DNA of 47,728 bases from NCBI GenBank assembly GCA_039680395.1, contig JBDKSY010000081.1, positions 1 to 47,728 on the forward strand. The letters are read 5' to 3'. Each line of letters begins with the position of its first letter. The first letter of the stretch is position 1. Of this stretch, positions 8,385 to 18,020 are shown piece by piece. The notes below the pieces were generated by a model. The model had not been told where the DNA came from and searched no databases. It saw nothing but the letters and a program-made list of their open reading frames with translations. The position numbers and the translations under genes are program-made. The DNA comes from Anaerolineaceae bacterium (GTDB taxonomy: Bacteria; Chloroflexota; Anaerolineae; Anaerolineales; Anaerolineaceae).

Positions 8385-8471
8385 TCTCATCCTAATGTAG
8401 ATTCTTCACCTTACACTCTATTAATAGACTATAATATTTTGCATTAAGTTAAAATCTCCGAGGAGGTTTGC

Positions 8472-9308
8472 ATGGTTCATGTCTTAACTGATAGCTGCGC
8501 AGATTTGAGTCCCGAATTACTGCATCGCTTTGAAATTGGGGTGATCCCTTTATCGGTATATATCAACGATAAGACTTACCACGATGGTAGTGAAATATCA
8601 TCGGACTTGTTGTATTCTGAAGTAGAAAAAGGCGGTCAACTCCCTAAAACTGCAGCACCTGCTGTAGGAGAATTCATTGAATTTTTTAAACAATATCCAG
8701 GTGATATTATTTTTATCAGTATTGGTTCTAAACTTTCAGCAACAAACCAAAATGCTATCTTTGCTGCTCAATCCTTGCCCAATCAGAATATTCGGGTTGT
8801 AGATTCGGCCAATCTTTCTACAGGGATAGGTCTATTGGTGTTAGCTGCAGCTGAAATGCGTGATAAAGGTGCATCTGTAGATGAAATTGATAACTATGTA
8901 TCATCGCTTGTCCCACAGGTAAATACTTCTTTCGTGATTGATACTCTGGATTATCTATATAAAGGTGGAAGATGCTCCACAATGGAAAGTATCATGGGAA
9001 GTCTGTTGAGTATTCACCCTATCATTGAGGTACGCCATGATGGCACACTTGGAGTACGTCAAAAGGTGAGAGGTTCAGGTACAAAAGGGATGGATACATT
9101 GATTGATACCTTTAAATCCAACCTGGAAAATATTGACCTGCATAGAGTTTTTATTACCCATAGTGGTGGAGATATCGATCCAAACTATATTAAAGAAAAG
9201 CTAGAAGAAGTGGCAAAAATAGATGAAATTTGTATCACACATGCTGGTGCAACCGTTTCCAGTCATTGTGGTCCAAAGACCATAGGTATTCTTTACCTTA
9301 TGAACTAA
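8472..9308 (+). CDS. DegV-family fatty-acid-binding protein
   Basis: 278 aa. N-terminus VHVLTDSCADLSPELL..IGVIPLSV and DTLDYLYKGGR are typical of DegV. GGAGG lies upstream. Confidence 0.9.
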   Translation: MVHVLTDSCADLSPELLHRFEIGVIPLSVYINDKTYHDGSEISSDLLYSEVEKGGQLPKTAAPAVGEFIEFFKQYPGDIIFISIGSKLSATNQNAIFAAQSLPNQNIRVVDSANLSTGIGLLVLAAAEMRDKGASVDEIDNYVSSLVPQVNTSFVIDTLDYLYKGGRCSTMESIMGSLLSIHPIIEVRHDGTLGVRQKVRGSGTKGMDTLIDTFKSNLENIDLHRVFITHSGGDIDPNYIKEKLEEVAKIDEICITHAGATVSSHCGPKTIGILYLMN

Positions 9309-9328
9309 GCAGGATTTTTTCTGATTAT

Positions 9329-9363
9329 AAACCGTCTGATTTAATTTCAGACGGTTTTTTATT
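9329..9363. terminator. Bidirectional intrinsic terminator between convergent degV and folE
   Basis: Stem AAACCGTCTGA / TCAGACGGTTT (11 bp) with a 7-nt loop. It is followed by a T-run on the plus strand and flanked by an A/T-run on the other side. Confidence 0.8.
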
Positions 9364-9370
9364 AGCGAAT

Positions 9371-10018
9371 CTAGAAATGTAAATTCTCGGAGCCGCGAGA
9401 AATATTATTCAAAAACTCCATGCGAGACGCAATATTGGTTCGAAAACTACCCAACATAGCCGATGTTGTCATACGCGCATCGTGCTTTTTTACACCACGG
9501 ATCATCGAACAGAGGTGAAGTGCTTCTATAACCACTCCCACACCCACAGGATTCAACAACTCCTGTATGAATTCCGCAATCTGGCGGGTCAACCTTTCCT
9601 GCACCTGCAGACGATGAGAAAACATATCCACTATCCTGGGAATTTTAGATAATCCAATGATTTTCTCTTTCGGAAGATATGCCACATGTGCTCTACCAAT
9701 GAATGGAAGCATGTGATGTTCACATAGACTGAAAAACTCAATATCGCGAACAATTACCATTTCGTCATAATCAACATCAAATAAGGCATCATTTACCATT
9801 TTCACAGGATCTGTACGATACCCTGCTAAAAGTTCGTCATACATGCGCGCCACGCGTTCAGGTGTTCGTTTCAAGCCCTCGCGCTCTGGATCTTCGCCTA
9901 TGGCAACCAATATTTCACGCGCTGCTTTTTCGATAAGGTCACAATCCACTTCGGTTTCGGTGATTAAATCTGCTGCTTCATAGACACGACTTTTTGGATG
10001 AGACATAATATCCCTCAC
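9371..10018 (-). CDS. folE: GTP cyclohydrolase I (FolE type)
   Basis: 215 aa with [32 protein letters not shown] and [14 protein letters not shown]. Confidence 0.95.
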   Translation of the reverse strand: MRDIMSHPKSRVYEAADLITETEVDCDLIEKAAREILVAIGEDPEREGLKRTPERVARMYDELLAGYRTDPVKMVNDALFDVDYDEMVIVRDIEFFSLCEHHMLPFIGRAHVAYLPKEKIIGLSKIPRIVDMFSHRLQVQERLTRQIAEFIQELLNPVGVGVVIEALHLCSMIRGVKKHDARMTTSAMLGSFRTNIASRMEFLNNISRGSENLHF

Positions 10019-10023
10019 GTTCT

Positions 10024-11028
10024 TTATTTCTTCCGATGTAATAATTCTTCCGTCATCTCTTTTAAAATACCCAGATATACTTCATCTTTGATTGATAGGT
10101 GTAATGCCTGCAAAGCTGACTGGGTTAACTTCTCAGCTTCCTTTTCAACGTACTCTCTCGCCCCACATTCCTCTAGTTTCTGTGCCAGTTCTTTTGCCTT
10201 TTGGGGGTTACCAATACCAGATTTCCAGATTTCAGCAAAATTTTCGCATCGGCTCAAACCATAGATCACAGGTAAAGATTTTTTACCTTCTACCAGATCA
10301 CTGGCAGTGGATTTTCCGGTTTGACTTTCATCACCCCAAATACCCAGCCAGTCATCCACAACCTGAAAAGCCAACCCTAAAGACTCTCCAAAATGGCCTA
10401 AATGGTTAAGAGTCTCTGGAGTTGTGCCCGAAACTATCCCCCCCATTTTCATACAGCAAGAGGTTAATGCCGCTGTCTTTCCGGCGATCATCTTCCAATA
10501 ATCATCGGTACTTATCTGAGTTTCTTCCTCATACTCCATATCCAGGAATTGTCCATAAGTTAATGCCAAACAGGTACAGTCCAACAATTCAGCAGCCATT
10601 AAAACCTGTTCTGCTGAAAGGTGCTTTGTCAGGCCCAGCACGCTGTTTCTAGCCAGACTGAACATTAAGTCGCCAGTGTTAACAGCTTGAGGTACTCCCC
10701 ATATTGACCAGACAGTAGGTCTCCCCCGGCGCTTTTCAGAATTATCTTCAATATCATCATGAATAAGAGAAAAATTATGGATCAATTCTATACCGGCAGC
10801 AGCAGGTAGTGCTTGTTGCCAGTCTCCTCCAGTGCCTGCACAGGCAAGAAGCGTTAAAAGTGGTCGCAGTCGTTTCCCCTGTGCCTTCTGTCCACTTCCT
10901 TCTCCTTCCCAACCCATGTGGTAAGCAAGCATGAGCCGTAATTTACCATCGGGAACTTGATCAATAACATTCTTTAAGGTCTGTTCAATTTCCCTGCGCA
11001 TTACGTTCATTAATTCTGATGTATCCAT
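10024..11028 (-). CDS. Polyprenyl (geranylgeranyl-type) diphosphate synthase
   Basis: 334 aa. First Asp-rich motif [14 protein letters not shown]; second motif [26 protein letters not shown]. Product chain length cannot be judged from sequence. Confidence 0.85.
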   Translation of the reverse strand: MDTSELMNVMRREIEQTLKNVIDQVPDGKLRLMLAYHMGWEGEGSGQKAQGKRLRPLLTLLACAGTGGDWQQALPAAAGIELIHNFSLIHDDIEDNSEKRRGRPTVWSIWGVPQAVNTGDLMFSLARNSVLGLTKHLSAEQVLMAAELLDCTCLALTYGQFLDMEYEEETQISTDDYWKMIAGKTAALTSCCMKMGGIVSGTTPETLNHLGHFGESLGLAFQVVDDWLGIWGDESQTGKSTASDLVEGKKSLPVIYGLSRCENFAEIWKSGIGNPQKAKELAQKLEECGAREYVEKEAEKLTQSALQALHLSIKDEVYLGILKEMTEELLHRKK

Positions 11029-11031
11029 AAA

Positions 11032-12129
11032 TCAACTGGCTTTCTGCTTTATCAATCGGGTATTCTTAAGTTCATCCAGGTTTCTGCACCCTGTTGCAAA
11101 CATGGCGATTCGCAATTCATTCACAAGATAACCAATCAGGTTTTCAACCGAATCCTCGGATATTTTTACTGCTCGAATAAAAGGTCCAGCTAACCCACAA
11201 AGCGAAGCTCCAAGTGCAATTGATTTAGCGATATCAATACCATTTGCAATTCCGCCTGAAGCAAAAGTAAGCATATGCGGTATTTGAGTTTTGATCTGCT
11301 CAAGACATGCAGTTGTTGGGATTCCCCAGCCATGAAAATCTGAGGCGATCCTCCGATTTGTAGGATCTTCGATTCGATGAGACTCAACCTGTGACCATGA
11401 CGTTCCACCTGCCCCAGCCACATCAATAGCTTGAACACCAACTTCCCATAACTGCTTCGCCACCTTGCCTGAAATTCCCCATCCTACTTCCTTCACGATA
11501 ACCGGTACAGGAAGTTCATGGCAAACATCCTCTATCTTAGATAACAATCCAACAAAATGGTGGTCTCCTTCTGGCTGCAGGGCTTCCTGCAAAGAGTTCA
11601 GGTGCAGGTAAAGGGCATCAGCTTCCACCATTTCCACCGCTTTTCGACAATGGTCAATAGTATATCCATAATTGAGCTGTACAGCGCCCAGATTGGCAAA
11701 CAACAAAATATCAGGAGCGACCGAGCGAATTTGAAATGTATAAGCCAGATTGGTATCTTCGATAGCTGCACGTTGTGACCCCAACCCCATCGCCAAACCA
11801 TGCTTCTGAGCTGCCTGCGCAAGATTGCGATTGACTTCAGCAGCTTCAGGCGTTCCACCGGTCATCGAGGAAATTAAAACAGGTGCCTTCAATTGCTTTC
11901 CGAATATTTTGATCTTTGTATTTACTTCATCCAGATTCAATTCTGGTAAAGCATTATGATTAAAACGATACTCGTCAAATCCTGACTGTAAGCCAGAATG
12001 AACATCTTTTTCAACATTTATTCGAATATGGTCAGCTTTACGCGATGGAAGCAAGGAATTATCGGGCATTTTGCCTGCTTTCGAAACGTTTTTGTCTTTT
12101 TTGTGTTTTTGAGTATACCAGACAAACAT
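11032..12129 (-). CDS. fni: Type 2 isopentenyl-diphosphate delta-isomerase (FMN-dependent)
   Basis: Motifs SSMTGG, GLGSQR, VKEVGWGIS and ASGGIANG. The true start is probably ATG 12069 (MPDNSLLPSRKADHIRIN) rather than 12129. Confidence 0.9.
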   Translation of the reverse strand: MFVWYTQKHKKDKNVSKAGKMPDNSLLPSRKADHIRINVEKDVHSGLQSGFDEYRFNHNALPELNLDEVNTKIKIFGKQLKAPVLISSMTGGTPEAAEVNRNLAQAAQKHGLAMGLGSQRAAIEDTNLAYTFQIRSVAPDILLFANLGAVQLNYGYTIDHCRKAVEMVEADALYLHLNSLQEALQPEGDHHFVGLLSKIEDVCHELPVPVIVKEVGWGISGKVAKQLWEVGVQAIDVAGAGGTSWSQVESHRIEDPTNRRIASDFHGWGIPTTACLEQIKTQIPHMLTFASGGIANGIDIAKSIALGASLCGLAGPFIRAVKISEDSVENLIGYLVNELRIAMFATGCRNLDELKNTRLIKQKAS

Positions 12130-12172
12130 TCTGTCTAAATACTAATTATATGGAACTATTTTATAATACCAC

Positions 12173-12201
12173 TTGACAGATTTTCGTCCTGCAATTAAAG
12201 T
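12173..12201 (+). promoter_or_regulatory. Possible promoter of the ACP-like gene
   Basis: TTGACA (12173-12178), a 17-nt spacer, then TAAAGT (12196-12201). Confidence 0.4.
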
Positions 12202-12230
12202 CAATTTAGAATTCTTTCGGAGGATTTAAC

Positions 12231-12467
12231 ATGGATGAAACTTACGAAGCAGTACGCGATGTGATTGTAGATGTGATGAAATGCGACCCCGCTGCAGTAA
12301 AACCTGAAACTCGTTTTATCGAAGATCTCAACGCAGATTCAATGGATCAATTCTTCTTGATTGATGGCTTCTGTGAAAAATTCGATCTTACTATCGCTGA
12401 TGATGAAGCGCGAAATATCAAGACTGTCACAGATGCGGTTACATACATAGATAAGCACAAGAAATAA
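12231..12467 (+). CDS. Acyl carrier protein-like, stand-alone
   Basis: 78 aa. EDLNADSMD matches the ACP DLGADSLD phosphopantetheine-Ser motif. GGAGG lies upstream. There are no fab, PKS or NRPS neighbours. Confidence 0.75.
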   Translation: MDETYEAVRDVIVDVMKCDPAAVKPETRFIEDLNADSMDQFFLIDGFCEKFDLTIADDEARNIKTVTDAVTYIDKHKK

Positions 12468-12561
12468 CCAACACTGAATAGATTGTTGATCCGTCCTTTG
12501 CTGATCAAATAATTTATTCCAAATAACCTCGTCAGTTTTTTTGGAGGGGTTTGCTTAAACA

Positions 12562-12591
12562 ACAATCCTTCAATTAATTTTGAAGGATTGT
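12562..12591. terminator. Perfect 12-bp hairpin between the convergent ACP and sucD genes (probable terminator)
   Basis: ACAATCCTTCAA-ttaatt-TTGAAGGATTGT. The flanks are AT-rich but there is no long U-run. Confidence 0.45.
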
Positions 12592-12628
12592 AAAGTTTAA
12601 TTATAGCCAGTATTACTAACTTTTTTTA

Positions 12629-13492
12629 CTACATCAATAAACCTGGAATATCTTCAGGATAATGTGCGATCTTTGCTCCGGCTGCTTCAAGTGCTTCGAT
12701 TTTTTCTTGTGCAGAACCACTTGATCTCTCAATAATGGCGCCAGCATGTCCCATGCGGGTTCCAGCAGGTGCTGTTTGCCCTGCGATAAAAGCAACCACA
12801 GGTTTTGTATATCCCTTACTGATCATCTTTGCTGCCTGTTGTTCTTCCAAACCACCAATTTCACCAATGAGAACCACCTTTTCTGTGTGTGGATCATTTT
12901 CCATCAAATCTAGAATATCTGTAAATCCTGTTCCTACGATAGGATCTCCCCCAATTCCAAGACACACACTTATCCCTATACCAGAACTCTTCAGTATACT
13001 GGCAATTTCATAGCTAAGTGTTCCCGATCGAGAAACCAGACCTACATTCCCTGGGATGGCAATATCCTCGGGAATTATGCCAATTTTTATTTCGTTTGGT
13101 ACCAGCATTCCAGGAGTGTTTGGACCAATTAAAGTGATTTGCTGCTGCTTTAAATACCAGCGTATCCTCATCATATCTTGAATGGGTATACCTTCAGTTA
13201 TTACGAATATCAATTTGATTCCCGCATCAGCGGCTTCAAAAATAGCATCGGTTGCTGCGCGTGCTGGAACAAATATCACACTCGTATTGGCACCACTCAC
13301 ATCTACAGCAGTCTTAACACAATCGAACACCGGTACTTTTCCATCCAATACCCATTCACCACCTTTACCTGGTGTAACCCCTGCCACAATAGGTATTGTA
13401 AATTTCAACATTTGTTGAGTATGGAATAACCCTTCGTGCCCTGTGATTCCTTGAATTAAGAGACGTGTATCTTTATTAATGAGTATTCCCAT
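12629..13492 (-). CDS. sucD: Succinyl-CoA ligase alpha subunit
   Basis: The N-terminus [18 protein letters not shown] taken from ATG 13492 matches the usual SucD start; the track ORF extends to 13516. Other motifs: SRSGTLSYE and phospho-His MGHAGAII. Confidence 0.95.
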   Translation of the reverse strand: MGILINKDTRLLIQGITGHEGLFHTQQMLKFTIPIVAGVTPGKGGEWVLDGKVPVFDCVKTAVDVSGANTSVIFVPARAATDAIFEAADAGIKLIFVITEGIPIQDMMRIRWYLKQQQITLIGPNTPGMLVPNEIKIGIIPEDIAIPGNVGLVSRSGTLSYEIASILKSSGIGISVCLGIGGDPIVGTGFTDILDLMENDPHTEKVVLIGEIGGLEEQQAAKMISKGYTKPVVAFIAGQTAPAGTRMGHAGAIIERSSGSAQEKIEALEAAGAKIAHYPEDIPGLLM

Positions 13493-14630
13493 TTGGCACT
13501 CTCTGCGAAAATTCAACTGCCAGCCTGGCAGCTTCGCTCAAACTGCTGGCAATATTTAAATTTCTTTCCATCAGAATTTGCATTCCCTCTTTTGCGTTGG
13601 TACCACTAAGACGCACAACGATTGGGATCTGGTTATCAATTTCATATAAAGCTGCAATGATCCCACGAGCCACTTCATCACATCTTGTTATGCCACCAAA
13701 AATATTGATAAGAACCGTTTTAACATAGGAATCAGAAAGAATGATCTTAAGTGCAGCACCAACTTTCTCAGAATTTGCCCCACCACCGATGTCAAGGAAA
13801 TTCGCTGGTTCGCCGCCATAGCTATTGATGAGATCCATGGTTGCCATCGCCAATCCAGCTCCATTAACCATACAGCCTACTTTTCCCTTCAGAGGGATAT
13901 ATGATAGTCCGAACTTCCTTGATTCAGTATCAATGGAATTATCAGTTTCTAGCCAGCGCATCTCAGCAAGTTCAGGCTGCCGAAATAACGCATTATCATC
14001 AATGATCATTTTTCCATCAAGCGCTATCTGGCGATTGTCTGGTGTGATCACTAATGGATTTATCTCCACCAGTGATGCATCGCAATTTCGGAATACCTGC
14101 CACATATTCGAAAGCACTTTCGCAAATTGCCGCCAATATTGTCGTGAAAGATCCATATAAATGGCAACTAAACGGGCATGATATTCCTGAATTCCCAAAA
14201 GCGGGTTGATTGGAAGGCGGATAATTTTTCCTGGAGATCGTAATGCTACCTCTTCGATATCCATCCCTCCTGAACCTGAAGCCATGAGAACAGGTAACCC
14301 TGCCTCTCGATCAATTGTGATTGCCAGGTATATCTCCTGTGTAAAGATCACTGCTTCTTCAATCAGAACTTTGTGAACAGGAAGACCCTTTATTTCCGTT
14401 CCCAGAATATAGGCTGCGATTTCTTCAGCTTCTTTGGCACTTTTTGCCAGTCGTATACCCCCAGCTTTTCCTCGCCCACTGACTAAAACTTGTGCTTTCA
14501 CAACAACGGGTTCACCTATTTCATCTGCAATTTGCTTTGCTTCTCCAGCATATGGAGCAATTTTCCCCCTTGGAACTGGAATTCCATACTTGTTAAAAAT
14601 CTGTTTAGTTTGATATTCGTGCAACCTCAT
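13476..14630 (-). CDS. sucC: Succinyl-CoA ligase beta subunit (ATP-grasp)
   Basis: 384 aa with [47 protein letters not shown]. Confidence 0.95.
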   Translation of the reverse strand: MRLHEYQTKQIFNKYGIPVPRGKIAPYAGEAKQIADEIGEPVVVKAQVLVSGRGKAGGIRLAKSAKEAEEIAAYILGTEIKGLPVHKVLIEEAVIFTQEIYLAITIDREAGLPVLMASGSGGMDIEEVALRSPGKIIRLPINPLLGIQEYHARLVAIYMDLSRQYWRQFAKVLSNMWQVFRNCDASLVEINPLVITPDNRQIALDGKMIIDDNALFRQPELAEMRWLETDNSIDTESRKFGLSYIPLKGKVGCMVNGAGLAMATMDLINSYGGEPANFLDIGGGANSEKVGAALKIILSDSYVKTVLINIFGGITRCDEVARGIIAALYEIDNQIPIVVRLSGTNAKEGMQILMERNLNIASSLSEAARLAVEFSQRVPNGNTH

Positions 14631-14700
14631 GCAGTTCCACCCGATTTAGATGAGATGCCTTGCTAAATCTTAGTAAATTATAGTCCATTCACCACGAAGA

Positions 14701-14725
14701 TACAGCCCGGGTTTTCCGGGCTGTA
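14701..14725 (-). terminator. Hairpin terminator downstream of the SPFH-HTH gene
   Basis: 10-bp stem TACAGCCCGG / CCGGGCTGTA with a 5-nt loop, 23 nt after the stop at 14748. On the minus strand it is followed by TCTTCGT. Confidence 0.55.
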
Positions 14726-14747
14726 CCTGAATTTCAGCTAAATTATC

Positions 14748-15803
14748 CTACGCTCCCTTAAGAAAATCATCGAGCGCCTGTTTGCTGATACGATATGCAT
14801 TTCCTATTTTTCTAGCTTTCAATTCACCAGCTGAAATTGCAGCCATTACATCTTCTTCAGAGACTTTGAGTACTGAAGCTGCTTCAGAAGGAGTCATGAC
14901 ATCACTGGCTGCAGCACCACCAGCCGCTGCGGCACCTGCAGCACCTTGCTGCTGAGCAGTGCCCATACCCTGCAAGGTTTGAGAAATTACACCACCGATT
15001 CCCATCCCTGCGCCAATGCCTGCAGTCAACCCTGCGCCACCACTCGGATTCTGTGCAGCAGCAAGAGTTGCATCAGCCACCTGTAGACGAGTATAGGTAT
15101 CCAGATCCAAAACACCCATTTGCTTTAATTCTTCCAGTGATTTTTCAGCAGGTTTCAGGCTGGAAATATAGAATGTCTTCAAGAGCAAGCCAATTGCTGC
15201 AAAATCATCCTGAGCTTTTGCCCGCACACCAGCGCCAAGTTCCTCAGTTAACCCGATCAACTCAACAACACTTTTCTTGGCAGCGGTTTCTCCAAGCAGA
15301 TCCTGAAGCTTCGAAAGCAGCATAGAACGTAAACGGTTCTCGATATCAGACATGCGGTAGATGCCCTGCGCACCCACAATTTGTGTGACAAATTGTTGTG
15401 GATCAGATATCTGCACGCTGTAGCTTCCAAAGCCCTGCATTAAAGCCACACCAATACCCATACCCGGGTTACGCACGATTATTGGCTGAGGTGTACCCCA
15501 TTTACGATCTGCAAACTCTTTCATCGAAACATAATAAACTTCGGCAGTGAAAGGAGTACGGTCATTAAAAGCTTTACCAATCACATCTATTAATTTTGGA
15601 ATGTTGGCAGTGACAATAGTATGGCGGCCTGGGATAAATGTATCGAGAGCTTTACCATCCCTGAAGAAGATCACACGCTGCGATTCTCGCACAATAACCT
15701 GCGAGCCAATTCGCAAGTCAGCTACACCTGTTTCTGGGAAACGATGTACAAGCTCATCTGCCATCTCATTTGGATATTCAACTACATCAAAAATTCTAGC
15801 CAT
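14748..15803 (-). CDS. SPFH/Band-7 (YdjI-like, Band_7_1 type) protein fused to a C-terminal excisionase-type HTH
   Basis: 351 aa. The N-terminal ~250 aa (IFDVVEYPNE..LVHRFPE....IGSQVIVRESQ.VIFFRDGKALD.F.PGRH) fit the cytosolic SPFH family. A Gly/Ala/Gln low-complexity linker follows. The C-terminus MTPSEAASVLKVSEEDVMAAISAGELKARKIGNAYRISKQALDDFL looks like an HTH_17/excisionase domain. Confidence 0.8.
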   Translation of the reverse strand: MARIFDVVEYPNEMADELVHRFPETGVADLRIGSQVIVRESQRVIFFRDGKALDTFIPGRHTIVTANIPKLIDVIGKAFNDRTPFTAEVYYVSMKEFADRKWGTPQPIIVRNPGMGIGVALMQGFGSYSVQISDPQQFVTQIVGAQGIYRMSDIENRLRSMLLSKLQDLLGETAAKKSVVELIGLTEELGAGVRAKAQDDFAAIGLLLKTFYISSLKPAEKSLEELKQMGVLDLDTYTRLQVADATLAAAQNPSGGAGLTAGIGAGMGIGGVISQTLQGMGTAQQQGAAGAAAAGGAAASDVMTPSEAASVLKVSEEDVMAAISAGELKARKIGNAYRISKQALDDFLKGA

Positions 15804-15834
15804 TATCTCTCTCCATTATTCAAAATAGATGAAC

Positions 15835-16365
15835 TTAATGCTCACCCTCTGTTCCACCACGCATCACTTCACCGCGGCGGTTGAATGCATCTACACATCG
15901 TTGAGCAATACTGGTCAATGCGCGAATTGATGCAGGTAATCCATCCGTACCAATGGATGTTTCTACATTATCAATTCCATGCTTTACTTCATCAACAAGC
16001 TCAAGTAATGTAAGGTCATATTGATACATCTTTGCGAGTTCTTCTTCGTTAACTTTGGCAGCTTCAAAAAAACTGGAATATCCATAAGAAGCAGTGCGAA
16101 CTCTGTCAATGAATTGGCGGAATTTTATTGAAGCAGCTTCCAGGTCATCAATCAACCCTATCTCACCTTGCGCAATTAAATCTCGTTGCAACGCAGAAAT
16201 TCGTTGCCATTGCTCTTCATATCTTTCTGCGACCTCCGAACGGAGTATTTTATCAGCCATACGCCGATTGGTTCTTTCAACGTATCCTTTAAAACCAGGA
16301 ATTTTACTTAATAATTTTTTAAAAATATCCTGGTATCCAGTAACCTGTTCATATAAATCGCTCAT
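15835..16365 (-). CDS. Hypothetical all-helical protein, upstream partner of the SPFH-HTH gene
   Basis: 176-aa ORF with GGAGG upstream, 31 nt before the SPFH gene on the same strand. I recognise no motif. The composition is coiled-coil-like. Confidence 0.6.
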   Translation of the reverse strand: MSDLYEQVTGYQDIFKKLLSKIPGFKGYVERTNRRMADKILRSEVAERYEEQWQRISALQRDLIAQGEIGLIDDLEAASIKFRQFIDRVRTASYGYSSFFEAAKVNEEELAKMYQYDLTLLELVDEVKHGIDNVETSIGTDGLPASIRALTSIAQRCVDAFNRRGEVMRGGTEGEH

Positions 16366-16500
16366 TGGTCCTCCTGAATTTAAACAAATCTAATTTTCTA
16401 ATCATTATTATAGCAATAATCGCACTCTCTTTATCTAGAAAATCTGGGGCAAACATTATTTTAACATTATTCCTTGTAAGGTGTTTGCAAGGTCTCCCAC

Positions 16501-16529
16501 TTGCATTCGAATAAGGTTTTGTCTATAAT
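16501..16529 (+). promoter_or_regulatory. Predicted promoter of the flp/tad operon
   Basis: TTGCAT (16501-16506), a 17-nt spacer, then TATAAT (16524-16529). Confidence 0.55.
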
Positions 16530-16566
16530 AAGCTATGATATCCAATCGCGAAAGGAGGTGAAAATC

Positions 16567-16713
16567 ATGTTATTCGCACCGAAGGAAAAGGGACAAGGCC
16601 TCGTAGAATATGCCTTAATTCTCGTTTTAGTCGCGGTAGTCGTAATCGTAATCCTTGCTTTGCTTGGTCCAACAATCGGAAATGTATTCAGCAATATCGT
16701 AGGCGCTATCTAA
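16567..16713 (+). CDS. flp: Flp-family type IVb pilin precursor
   Basis: 48 aa from ATG 16567, with AAGGAGG 7 nt upstream. MLFAPKEKG/QGLVEYALILVLVAVVVIVILALL contains the G-x4-EY processing motif plus a hydrophobic helix. The longer track ORF (16501) has no SD. Confidence 0.85.
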   Translation: MLFAPKEKGQGLVEYALILVLVAVVVIVILALLGPTIGNVFSNIVGAI

Positions 16714-16743
16714 ATTTCTTATATTATTTCATGGCTGCGAGAG

Positions 16744-16775
16744 AGCTCTGTGAATACAGGGCTTTTTCGTTTTTA
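16744..16775 (+). terminator. Intrinsic terminator or attenuator after the pilin gene
   Basis: 7-bp stem AGCTCTG / CAGGGCT (one G-U pair) with loop TGAATA, followed by TTTTCGTTTTTATT. A pilin-proximal partial terminator is common in pilus operons. Confidence 0.55.
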
Positions 16776-16884
16776 TTGCATATTTCCACCCTACAGTTTT
16801 CTTAAGTGGCATAAAGCATGCATCTTGTTTGTTTTGATATATAATGATTTTGTATATTCCATGCCCATAATGGAGGAGGACTCT

Positions 16885-17973
16885 ATGGCAACAGGTGGAA
16901 AGAAAACAGGTCGTCTTTTTATACTGGTAGCTTTGATTTTAATACTTATAGTTGTGGCAGCAGTATTCCTGCTGCGAAAACAACTATTTCCATCACCAAC
17001 TGCTAATGTAGAAACGACTCCGATCCCTTCATCAGATTTAGTAAAGATCGCAGTTCTGGCTCAACCCGTAGTTCATGGAACCCAGATAACTGAAGATCTA
17101 TTACTTTTCGTTGATTATCCACGGAAAAGCCTGACTGAAGGATTGTTTTATACAGAAGATCAAGTAGTGAATCTCCTGGATAAACGAGTGAAATTTGATC
17201 TGGCGCAAGGAACACCCCTTACACCTGGATTGATCACTGAAGCACCAACCGGTTCTTATGCATCGTACCTGATTCCACGAGGCATGGTGGCTGTATCCAT
17301 CCCGATCAGTCGTCTGACTTCTGTTGCCTATGCACTTCAAGCTGGAGATCATGTAAATATTATTGGTTCTCTGTTGCTTGTTGACCTGGATGCAGACTAT
17401 CAGACCATTCTGCCAAATTCGACAGGTGTAATTTTATTACCTGGCACTCCCCTGGGAGAAGGAACAACCGGTACAGCAACAGTTCAAAGTGGAGAAGGTT
17501 CAGGTGTGGCTGGTAGAACGATCATTGATATGACATTAAATCAGGCGTTATATGTTACACCGTCCGAGGCACAACGATCGCGGTTGATCAGCCAGACCCT
17601 TATTCAAGATGTAGTTGTATTATGGGTTGGGAACTTCCCTGAAGGTGAATTAATTGCTGGACCTGCACCAACACCCACTCCAGCTGCAGAAGGTGAAGAA
17701 CAAGCAGTCACAACAAGTACTGGCAATCCAGATATCATTACTTTGATCGTGACCCCGCAAGACGCCGTTACAATAAATTACTTGATGCTTTCTGGTGCAC
17801 AGTTAAACCTTGCTTTGCGTGGCGCAGGAGATGATCAGCAGGTTGCCACTGAAGCGGTTACTTTGCAATTCTTAATGGAGCAATATGGGATTCCTTACCC
17901 TGTAAAACTGCCATATGGAATGCAGCCCAGGGTAGACCAGATGATTTACCCATCACTTGAGAATGGTCAATAA
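16885..17973 (+). CDS. cpaB: Flp pilus assembly protein CpaB/RcpC
   Basis: Start ATG 16885, preceded by GGAGGAGGA. It has an N-terminal TM helix (LFILVALILILIVVAAVFLL), a SAF-like segment, and the motif IPRGMVAVSIPISRLTSVAYALQAGDHVNIIG. Gly/Thr/Pro-rich inserts are present. Confidence 0.8.
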   Translation: MATGGKKTGRLFILVALILILIVVAAVFLLRKQLFPSPTANVETTPIPSSDLVKIAVLAQPVVHGTQITEDLLLFVDYPRKSLTEGLFYTEDQVVNLLDKRVKFDLAQGTPLTPGLITEAPTGSYASYLIPRGMVAVSIPISRLTSVAYALQAGDHVNIIGSLLLVDLDADYQTILPNSTGVILLPGTPLGEGTTGTATVQSGEGSGVAGRTIIDMTLNQALYVTPSEAQRSRLISQTLIQDVVVLWVGNFPEGELIAGPAPTPTPAAEGEEQAVTTSTGNPDIITLIVTPQDAVTINYLMLSGAQLNLALRGAGDDQQVATEAVTLQFLMEQYGIPYPVKLPYGMQPRVDQMIYPSLENGQ

Positions 17974-18020
17974 CGGATAGCAAGCCAGTTATTGAGCTAT
18001 CTTAATCTTTGGAGAACAGC

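Noticed and set aside
16501-16884. Long N-terminal extensions in the track for flp (from 16501) and cpaB (from 16750). Similar extensions appear for cpaE (18009), tadC (21639), sodA (37003), ruvX (40447) and the exonuclease (42883).
   Set aside because: In each case a downstream ATG has a strong GGAGG-type SD and gives the N-terminus typical of the family. The extensions have no SD and odd composition.
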